The position numbers and the translations under genes are program-made. Below, piece by piece: positions 7,607-15,111 of a DNA stretch of 22,471 nucleotides (positions within the stretch are counted from its first letter, which is position 1; the number at the start of each line of letters is the position of its first letter). Source of the DNA: Candidatus Xenobia bacterium (lineage in GTDB: Bacteria; Vulcanimicrobiota; Xenobia; Xenobiales; QWHO01); contig BTUM01000110.1 of NCBI GenBank assembly GCA_045863235.1, forward strand, positions 1-22,471. The letters run 5' to 3'. The notes beneath the pieces were generated by a model. That model was not told the DNA's origin. It saw only the letters and a list, made by a program, of their open reading frames with translations, and searched no databases.

Positions 7607-8207
7607 AAGTCCGGCCCACGTGGTGTCGGAGGAGGTTTCCGGCTGCGCTCCTGGAGCTATCCTGTTTGACCTGGACAACACCCTGGTCGACCGCGACCGG
7701 GCCCTGGGCGAGCTTCTGGCCGCCCGCTTTGCCGACCCCAAGGTCCGCGCCGAGCTGCTCTTGCTCGATCGCGAGCCGGGCCAGGCATTCCTGCGCGCCT
7801 GGAGCGAGCGCTCGGGCCGTCGGTTCACCCGGCAAGAGCTGGCTGAAGAGCTGGCCCTGAGACTGGCCCCCGACCCCGAGCTCATCGAGGCTCTGCGCGA
7901 GCTGGGGCGGCGCTGCCAGCTGGGGCTGGTCAGCAACGGAGGCAGCCGGAGCCAGCGCGCCAAGCTACGCGCCGCCGGGCTGGAGGAGCTCTTCGGAGCG
8001 GCGCTGGTGGTGTCGGGCGAAGTGGGCCTGGAAAAGCCCGACCCGGAGATCTTCTGGCTGGCCTGCCGGCGGCTCGGGCGCGAGCCGCACGATTGCCTCT
8101 TCATCGGCGACCAGGAAGCGGTGGACGGGGTGGGGGCCCGGGCCGCCGGAATGAGCTTCCGGCTGGCCACAAGGGTCCTGGACGCGGAAACGGTGCGCGG
8201 GCTGTGA
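7596..8207 (+). CDS. HAD-superfamily hydrolase/phosphatase (start uncertain: 7581, 7596 or 7620)
   Basis: Motif I FDLDNTL, II VSNG, III KPDPEIF, IV FIGDQEAVD. Confidence 0.88.
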   Translation: MPSRSPAHVVSEEVSGCAPGAILFDLDNTLVDRDRALGELLAARFADPKVRAELLLLDREPGQAFLRAWSERSGRRFTRQELAEELALRLAPDPELIEALRELGRRCQLGLVSNGGSRSQRAKLRAAGLEELFGAALVVSGEVGLEKPDPEIFWLACRRLGREPHDCLFIGDQEAVDGVGARAAGMSFRLATRVLDAETVRGL

Positions 8208-8980
8208 AAGAGCGAGTGGGCAGCCACGACCTGTTGATGGTGACTCTGGACACGCTGCGCTACGACGCGGCCCAGCGGGCTTTCGATCAGGGGCTCCTGA
8301 GCACGCTGGGACCCTACCTCGAGCCGGACGGCTGGCAGATGCGCCACAGCCCGGGCAGTTTCACCTACTCGGCCCACCAGGCTTTCTTCGCGGGGTTCTT
8401 GCCCACGCCGGTCGGGCCAGGGCCCCATCCCCGGCTGTTCGCGGCCGCCTTCGCGGGCAGCGCCACCACGGTGGACAGCACCTTCGTCTTTCCCGAGGCC
8501 AGCCTGCCCCGGGCGCTCGAGGCACGCGGCTACCGCACCCACTGCATCGGGGGCACGGGCTTCTTCAGCCAGCAAAACGAGCTCTCCCGGGTCCTGCCCG
8601 GGCTGTTCTCGCAGGCGGTGTGGCGTCCCGAGCTGGGGGTGACCTGCCCCGAATCGCCCGTCCACCAGGTGGAGGAGGCGCTGAGGGCCCTGCAGGGCGA
8701 GGGGCGGCGGCTGATCTTCTTGAACGTGGCCGCCATCCACCAGCCCAACTGGTTCTACGGGGGAGAGGAAGGCCAGGACACGCTGGCCACCCACACGGGG
8801 GCCCTGGTGGCGGTGGACCGCGCTCTGAAGCCCTTGCTGCGGGCGATGAAGGAGCGCGCCCCCACCTTCGCCCTGGTCTTCTCCGACCACGGCACGGCTT
8901 ACGGCGAGGACGGCTATCAGGGCCACCGGCTCGGCCACGAGGTGGTGTGGACGGTTCCCTACGCGGAGTTCGAGCTGTGA
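8204..8980 (+). CDS. STM4013/SEN3800-family hydrolase (alkaline phosphatase/sulfatase superfamily)
   Basis: GTGA overlap; TLDTLRYD, SPGSFTYSAHQAFFAG, FLNVAAIHQP, FSDHGTAYGEDG, GHR...VP. Confidence 0.85.
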   Translation: MKERVGSHDLLMVTLDTLRYDAAQRAFDQGLLSTLGPYLEPDGWQMRHSPGSFTYSAHQAFFAGFLPTPVGPGPHPRLFAAAFAGSATTVDSTFVFPEASLPRALEARGYRTHCIGGTGFFSQQNELSRVLPGLFSQAVWRPELGVTCPESPVHQVEEALRALQGEGRRLIFLNVAAIHQPNWFYGGEEGQDTLATHTGALVAVDRALKPLLRAMKERAPTFALVFSDHGTAYGEDGYQGHRLGHEVVWTVPYAEFEL

Positions 8981-10278
8981 GGCTGGCCGAGCGGCTCGAG
9001 CAGGACGGCTACGACGGCTACGCCTACTCGTATCCCCACAAGACGGCTTACCGGCCGCTCGAGCCGGCCGTGCCCCTCACGCAGGCCTGGCAGGAGGAGG
9101 ACAAGAGTCGTCTTTTTCTCTACGTGCACCTGCCATTCTGCGAGATGCGCTGCGGCTTTTGCAACCTCTTCACCACCGTGCGCCCCCCCGAGGAGCTGGT
9201 GGAGCGCACGCTCTCGTCCATCGCCCGCCAGGCCCGCGTGGTGGCCGAGTGCATCGCTCCCGAGGGGGTGGCCCAGGCCGCCGTGGGCGGGGGCACTCCC
9301 AGCTACCTCAGCGAGGTCCAGCTCGAGCGGCTCTTCGCCGATCTGAGCAGCTCCTGGCCGGTGCGCTGGTCGCGGATCCCGGTCTCGGTGGAGCTCTCGC
9401 CGGCCACCGTGACTCCGGGAAAGCTGGCCCTGCTGCGCGAGCTGGGAGTGGAGCGGGTCAGCCTGGGCGTGCAGAGCTTCGTGGCCGCCGAGCTGGCGGC
9501 CCTCAAGCGCCCGCAACAAGCCGGCGAGGTGGAGCGGGCCTGCTCGGCCATCCGGGCGGCCGGCTTTGCCATCTTCAACCTGGACCTGATCTACGGTCAG
9601 GAAGACCAGAGCGCGGCGAGCTGGGAGGAGAGCCTGGAGCGGGCTCTTGCGTGGCGGCCCGAGGAGCTCTACCTCTACCCGCTCTACGTGGGCAAGCGCA
9701 CCAACCTGGACGTGCTGGGCAAACGCCCGGGAGCGCGCCGCCAGGAGCTCTACCGGGTGGGGCGCGACCGGCTGCTGGCGAGCGGCTACCGGCAGCTCTC
9801 GATGCGCAGCTTCCGGCGAACGGAGGTGAGGCGCTGCTCGGACTACTGCTGCCAGGAGGACGGGATGGTGGGGCTGGGGCCGGGGGCACGCTCGTACACC
9901 CGCGCGCTGCACTACAGCTCGGAGTATGCCGTGGCCCAGACGGGGGTGCGCCGCATCGTCGACTCCTTCGCCGAGCGCGATTTCAGTCGGGCCGACTACG
10001 GGGTAAGGCTGGACGACTCGGAGCAGAAGCTGCGCTGGCTGATCAAGTCGCTGCTGCGGGCCGAGGGGGTGGCGCTCTCGGGCTATCGCGAGCGCTTCGC
10101 GAGCTCGCTGGAGGACGATCACCCGCGCCTGGGCGAGTTGTTGGAGGCAGGTCTGGCCGAGCGCTCTTGCGACCGCCTGAAGCTGACCGAGGAGGGGCTG
10201 GCGCGAAGCGACACGCTGGGGCCCTGGCTCTATTCCGAGGCGATGAGCGAGCGGATGGCCAGCTACACGCTCTGGTGA
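8977..10278 (+). CDS. STM4012-family HemN-like radical SAM enzyme
   Basis: GTGA overlap; YAYSYPHKTAY, LYVHLPFCEMRCGFC (CxxxCxxC), GGGTPS, RVSLGVQSF, NLDLIYG, GLGPGARSY. Confidence 0.9.
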   Translation: MRLAERLEQDGYDGYAYSYPHKTAYRPLEPAVPLTQAWQEEDKSRLFLYVHLPFCEMRCGFCNLFTTVRPPEELVERTLSSIARQARVVAECIAPEGVAQAAVGGGTPSYLSEVQLERLFADLSSSWPVRWSRIPVSVELSPATVTPGKLALLRELGVERVSLGVQSFVAAELAALKRPQQAGEVERACSAIRAAGFAIFNLDLIYGQEDQSAASWEESLERALAWRPEELYLYPLYVGKRTNLDVLGKRPGARRQELYRVGRDRLLASGYRQLSMRSFRRTEVRRCSDYCCQEDGMVGLGPGARSYTRALHYSSEYAVAQTGVRRIVDSFAERDFSRADYGVRLDDSEQKLRWLIKSLLRAEGVALSGYRERFASSLEDDHPRLGELLEAGLAERSCDRLKLTEEGLARSDTLGPWLYSEAMSERMASYTLW

Positions 10279-11237
10279 GGGAGCCTGGCACTCCGGTGAC
10301 CTGGAGCATCCTCTACCGGGGCTCGCTGTCGAGCTGCAACTACGCCTGCGACTACTGCCCGTTCGCCAAGCGGGCCAATACCCGGGCCGAGCTGGCCCGG
10401 GACTTTGACGAGCTGGAACGGTTCGTGGATTGGGTGAGCGGCTGCCCGCGCGAGCTGCGTCTGCTGCTCACGCCGTGGGGGGAGGCGCTGGTGCACCGGG
10501 CCTACCGGCGGGCGCTGGTGCGGTTGTCCTGGCTGCCCCGGGTGCGGCGGGTGGCCATCCAGACCAACCTGAGCGCTCCTTTGCAAGACCTGGCCGGGGC
10601 CGGGCCGTCACTGGCCCTGTGGGCCAGTTTCCACCCCTCCCAGGTCACTCTGGAGCGCTTCCTGTCCCGCTGTCTCAAGCTGCACGAGCTGGGCCTGCGC
10701 TTCAGCGTGGGGGTGGTGGGGCTGCGCGAGCATTTCGAGGCCATCGAGGAGCTGCGGGCCCGGCTGCCGCGGACGATCTACCTCTGGGTCAACGCGTTCA
10801 AGCGCTTGCCGGACTACTACCAGCCCGGGGAGGTGGAGCGACTGGTGGGGGTCGATCCCTACTTCCGGCTCAACCTGCCCCGCTACCGGAGCCTGGACCG
10901 TGCCTGCCGGACCGGCGAGACGAGCTTCACGGTGGATGGGAGAGGGGACGTGCGCCGGTGTCACTTCGTGGGCCAGGTGCTGGGCAACGTGTACGAGCCT
11001 GGCTTCGAGGCCTGCCTGAGAGAGCGGCTCTGCCCGGCCGAGCGCTGCGGCTGCCACATCGGCTACGTGCACCGGCCGGAGCTGCGGCTCGAGGAGGTGT
11101 TCGGAGAGGACGGGCTGCTCGAGCGGATCCCGGCCGGCTGGCCGGAGTTGGATTCTCGGCTCAGGAATTCTGGGAAGGACTCGCCCCGGCTGACCCGAAC
11201 TTTCGGCCACCGTGGACGCTCCCGTAACCCCCGATAG
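10275..11237 (+). CDS. STM4011-family radical SAM protein with Cys-rich SPASM/twitch-like C-terminus (alternative start 10296)
   Basis: GTGA overlap; LYRGSLSSCNYACDYCPF, TPWGEAL, IQTNLS, CRTG...GDVRRCHF...LGNV...CPAERCGCHIGY. Confidence 0.9.
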   Translation: MREPGTPVTWSILYRGSLSSCNYACDYCPFAKRANTRAELARDFDELERFVDWVSGCPRELRLLLTPWGEALVHRAYRRALVRLSWLPRVRRVAIQTNLSAPLQDLAGAGPSLALWASFHPSQVTLERFLSRCLKLHELGLRFSVGVVGLREHFEAIEELRARLPRTIYLWVNAFKRLPDYYQPGEVERLVGVDPYFRLNLPRYRSLDRACRTGETSFTVDGRGDVRRCHFVGQVLGNVYEPGFEACLRERLCPAERCGCHIGYVHRPELRLEEVFGEDGLLERIPAGWPELDSRLRNSGKDSPRLTRTFGHRGRSRNPR

Positions 11238-12276
11238 TCTTGCTCGCGCCAACAAGGTTCTGCAGAGCAATCCATCCCTCGACCTGCACACCCACCTGGG
11301 TTTGTGGGAGACCCGGGGTCTGCCGGACATCTCCGAGCTCCTTCGCTACATCGGCGACGACCGCATGAGGCAGAACGTGCTGGACTTCGTCGAGGGGGGC
11401 GTCAAGAGCGCTTCCATCTGTCTGACTCCGGATATTCCCATTATCGCCCTGGGCCAGCCCGGGAACATCGTAAGGCCCTTCGAGGAAGATCAAGCCTGGG
11501 AAGAGTATCAGCGGCAGCAGTTTCTCTTGCACGAGAACCTCCAGACGCTCCCCATGAAGAAGGTGACCCGTATCGACGAAATCGAGTCCGTGGCGGCCGA
11601 AGGGAAGCTGGCCGTCTTCCTCTCGACTGAGGGGGGTCACATGGTGGAGAAGGACCTGGGCCGCATGGAGCAGCTTTATCAGGACGGAATCCGCAATTTT
11701 CAACCGGTTCATTACGCGGCCAATGGTCTGGGCGACAACCAGACCGATCCGCCTCGTTTTGGCGGGCTGTCCCCGCTGGGCAAGGAAGCCGTGCGTGAGG
11801 CCTGTCGTCTCAAAATGACGGTCGACGCTGCCCACGCCTCGTTTGAATCCGCCCGGAGCATGGCGGAGATCGTTGGGGGCCCGATCGTGCTCTCGCACAC
11901 CATGCTCCGATATGACTCCCCACGTTTTGGCTCTTATCAGGACAACCGGCCTCGCTGGGTGACCGCCGACCACGCCCGACTGGTCGCCGAAACAGGTGGC
12001 GTGATTGGCGTTTGGCCCTACGGTCCCCCTTATGGCGTGGCAAGCATGGAGGCCTTCGTCGAGGCCGTCAAGGTCCTGGCCGACACGGTCGGTATCGACC
12101 ACATCGGCTGGGCGACGGACTGGGTCAATCCTCTGATGGGAAGCTGGTTCTCCAGTTGCCGAGAGTTCCCCCACCTGTGCGCCGCCCTGCTTGAAACCGG
12201 CTTCTCGGAGCAGGATCTGGCTCAGTTCATCGGTGGCAACGCGCTGCGCGTCCGCCGCCACGTGCTCCGTGCCTGA
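11212..12276 (+). CDS. Membrane dipeptidase family (peptidase M19) Zn amidohydrolase
   Basis: DLHTH, STEGG, GLSPLGKEAV, VDAAHAS, LSHT, GGVIGV, VGIDHIGWATD, FIGGNALRV. Confidence 0.88.
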   Translation: MDAPVTPDSLARANKVLQSNPSLDLHTHLGLWETRGLPDISELLRYIGDDRMRQNVLDFVEGGVKSASICLTPDIPIIALGQPGNIVRPFEEDQAWEEYQRQQFLLHENLQTLPMKKVTRIDEIESVAAEGKLAVFLSTEGGHMVEKDLGRMEQLYQDGIRNFQPVHYAANGLGDNQTDPPRFGGLSPLGKEAVREACRLKMTVDAAHASFESARSMAEIVGGPIVLSHTMLRYDSPRFGSYQDNRPRWVTADHARLVAETGGVIGVWPYGPPYGVASMEAFVEAVKVLADTVGIDHIGWATDWVNPLMGSWFSSCREFPHLCAALLETGFSEQDLAQFIGGNALRVRRHVLRA

Positions 12277-13192
12277 GGAGGTCCTTCCCGTTACCCTGGT
12301 CACGGGTTTTCTGGGCAGTGGCAAGACCACGCTGCTCAACCACATTCTGACCGCCCGGCGTGGCCATCGCACCGCAGTACTTGTCAACGAGTTCGGCGAG
12401 CTGGGCATCGATGCCGAGTTGATCGTCTCGACCGAGGGCGACATGGTGGAGCTGGCCAACGGGTGCATCTGCTGCAGCATCAACGAGGATCTCGTGAGGG
12501 CCGTGGCCCGGGTGCTCGAGCAGCGCCACCGGGTCAATTGTCTGCTCGTGGAGACGTCCGGCCTGGCTGATCCGATGCCGGTGGCCATGACCTTCGTCGG
12601 TCGTGACCTCGAGCAACTTACGCGGCTCGACGCGATCATCACGATGGTGGACTCAGAGAACTACGCCCATGCAGAGTCTACGGTCGCCGGCTACAACCAG
12701 ATCCGTTTCGCCGATCTCCTCTTGCTCAACAAGGCGGACCGGGTGGACGATGCCCGGCTGGAAGACCTGGAGGCTCGCCTGCGAGACATTAAGAAAGGGG
12801 TTCGCATCCTTCGGACGACGCGGGCCAGAGCGCCCTTGCCGCTCGTGCTCGATCTGGCTCGATTCAAGCCGACCGAGGTTGCGCAACCCTGTCCGGACCA
12901 TCTCGATCAGGACGGTTTCACCTCGCTCTCGTTCCAAAGCGACCGCCCGGTGGTGATCGAGAAACTTCAGCATTTCCTGGCCGAGCAGCTCCCACAGGAG
13001 GCTTTCCGCGTTAAAGGCCTTCTTTCCGTCGCCGGTCGCCCTGAGCGCTACGTCCTTCACATGACCGGACGCCGATTCACTCTCGACCGGGGCGAGTGGG
13101 GCGCTCCCGCTCACGGCACCCGTCTGGTGATCATCGGCCGCAACCTCGATCACGAGGTGTTGCGCGCGCAGCTTGGAGCTTGTTTCCAATAG
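12269..13192 (+). CDS. COG0523/CobW-family G3E P-loop GTPase metallochaperone
   Basis: PVTLVTGFLGSGKTT, VNEFGELGID, ELANGCICC (CxCC), ETSGLADP, NKAD, C-terminal RVKG and LVIIGRNLD. Confidence 0.93.
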   Translation: MPEEVLPVTLVTGFLGSGKTTLLNHILTARRGHRTAVLVNEFGELGIDAELIVSTEGDMVELANGCICCSINEDLVRAVARVLEQRHRVNCLLVETSGLADPMPVAMTFVGRDLEQLTRLDAIITMVDSENYAHAESTVAGYNQIRFADLLLLNKADRVDDARLEDLEARLRDIKKGVRILRTTRARAPLPLVLDLARFKPTEVAQPCPDHLDQDGFTSLSFQSDRPVVIEKLQHFLAEQLPQEAFRVKGLLSVAGRPERYVLHMTGRRFTLDRGEWGAPAHGTRLVIIGRNLDHEVLRAQLGACFQ

Positions 13193-13214
13193 CATTCCAG
13201 ATCAGGAGGCGTCC

Positions 13215-13589
13215 ATGGCAAAGAAAGTATTGATTGTCGGGGGTGGCACGATGGGTGTGGGAATCATCGCCACATTCCTGGCGGGCGGATGGAGGACGGT
13301 TCGCTTGAGCTTCGGATTTCGCTACGCGGCGGCCGGTCCCATCACGCAAAAAGAGCATTCCGGCTGGGACACCACCTGTGAGAGCTCGACAAGCATCTGG
13401 CCCCATTTGTGCAATGCCACCGGTCCACCCCCGGTGCTCTTGAAGCAAGTCCAGGAGGGGCACCTGGGCTTCAAGACCGGGAGGGGCTTCTTTCCCTGGG
13501 ACGAGGCTTCGATCGCGCGTGAAAACGCCCGCTACGACAACGCTTTGCACAAGTGTCTGGAGATCTTCCGGGGGGAGGGAATCATCTGA
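13215..13589 (+). pseudogene. 3-hydroxyacyl-CoA dehydrogenase with a large in-frame internal deletion
   Basis: AGGAGG RBS; Rossmann start VLIVGGGTMGVGI joined directly to C-terminal-domain motifs FGFRYAAAGP and GHLGFKTGRGFFPW; only 124 aa. Confidence 0.8.
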
Positions 13590-13623
13590 GCACTACTGTG
13601 CGAGGCTTCGGCACTAAACAACG

Positions 13624-13666
13624 CGCCAGAGCCGGATCCAGGAGTATTCCTGGAGATGCCCTGGCG
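13624..13666. terminator. Stem-loop between convergent genes, possible terminator
   Basis: TCCAGGA-GTAT-TCCTGGA (13637-13654) enclosed by CGCCAG/CTGGCG; T-rich tail on the minus strand. Confidence 0.4.
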
Positions 13667-13694
13667 AAAAATGGCTCACCAACGCAGAGCTCAG

Positions 13695-14963
13695 CTACTT
13701 CTTGCCGGCGGGCTGGGCCTTCAGCTCGGCCTGCACCTGCTTGAGCTGAGCCACCGCCGCCTCCATGTTGGGGAAGCGGTTGTTCTTGTCCTTGGCCATC
13801 ATGTACCAGACGCACTTGGCCAGCAGGTCGGGGATGGCGGCATTGAGCTTGCGGGGGTCTTGCAGGGGCTCGTTGAGGTGCTTCATCATGATCTGCACCG
13901 ACTGGTCGCCCTCGAAGGGGCGCCGCCCGGTGATCAGCTCGAACAGCACGCAGCCCAGAGCGTACTGATCGGCGCGCCCGTCCACATGCTCGTCATCGCG
14001 GATCTGCTCGGGCGACATGTAAGCGGGAGTTCCCAGGGCCGTGCCAGCCTGGGTCAGGCTCGACCGACCCTCGGGGCGGGCCAGGCCGAAGTCCAGGATG
14101 CGGGGGCCGGACTTGCTCAAGATGATGTTGTCGGGCTTGATGTCACGGTGCACCACGCCGAGTTTGTGGGCGTAGCCGAGCACGCCGGCGATGGCGATGG
14201 TCAGATCGACCGACTCGCCCAGGTTGGGCCAATCCTTCCGCAGCCGGCTGGAGAGCGTTTCTCCGTCGGCATACTCCATGGTCATGAAGTGAAGGTCACC
14301 CTGGTGACCGGATTTGAAGACCTTGACGATGCCGGGATGATCCAACCTCTGCAACAGCTCGATTTCGCGCTCGAGACGCCGGGTGAACTCCTCGTCCTTG
14401 ATGGCCTCCTCGTTGAAGATCTTGACGGCGATGGATTCGTCCTCATCGAGGGTGCGGTCGGGCACGGCCCGGTAGACCTTGGAGTAGGCTCCCGAGCCAA
14501 GGCGCTCGACGATGCGATACTCGTCGAGCTTGGACAAGATCATGGAATCTTCGGCGACCTTGGCGTTGTACTTCTCCAGCGTGCGGGCCCGCGAGGCGAG
14601 CCGCATCGAGCGCACCAGCCAGTTGACGAGCAGGACCCCGGCGAAGGCGGGGATGATGCGCACGCCGGCGATGGAGGGGCCCAGGGTGCCGAGCAGGCGC
14701 TGGCCGATGAGGGCCCCCACCAGGCCGAAGAGGGTCATGCCGATCAGGCCGTGGTTGTGCTTGGCGGGGTAGAACCGCTCGGCGGCGTAGCCCAGGCCTC
14801 CCGAGATGGTCACGACGATGATCAATCCCCACAGGCTCTTGACCAGAGAGAAAAAGAACCACAACAGCAGCAGGCCCACCACGCCCGCCCCGATGAGATA
14901 GGTGCGGTCACGCCCCTTGAGAAACGCCTCCGTCCACTCCACCAGGCCCAGAATGAATCCCAT
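13695..14963 (-). CDS. Hanks-type Ser/Thr protein kinase with multi-TM N-terminus (GlsB/YeaQ/YmgE-like)
   Basis: LGSGAYSKVY, VAVK-like IAVK, HRDIKPDN, DFG, GTPAYMSPE, DQYALG; AGGAGGAG lies 8 nt before ATG 14963. Confidence 0.92.
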   Translation of the reverse strand: MGFILGLVEWTEAFLKGRDRTYLIGAGVVGLLLLWFFFSLVKSLWGLIIVVTISGGLGYAAERFYPAKHNHGLIGMTLFGLVGALIGQRLLGTLGPSIAGVRIIPAFAGVLLVNWLVRSMRLASRARTLEKYNAKVAEDSMILSKLDEYRIVERLGSGAYSKVYRAVPDRTLDEDESIAVKIFNEEAIKDEEFTRRLEREIELLQRLDHPGIVKVFKSGHQGDLHFMTMEYADGETLSSRLRKDWPNLGESVDLTIAIAGVLGYAHKLGVVHRDIKPDNIILSKSGPRILDFGLARPEGRSSLTQAGTALGTPAYMSPEQIRDDEHVDGRADQYALGCVLFELITGRRPFEGDQSVQIMMKHLNEPLQDPRKLNAAIPDLLAKCVWYMMAKDKNNRFPNMEAAVAQLKQVQAELKAQPAGKK

Positions 14964-15111
14964 CCGTCCAGCTCCTCCTGTGCGGATGTTCTTCTCCATT
15001 GAGCGCGAACTGCCTTCGTCAGCGTATCGTCAGCCGGGGCGGGGACAAGTTAACAATCGGTCTTGAAATCGCAACAGCGCGTTCGGCGCGAATGGTTAAA
15101 ATGGCGCTCCG

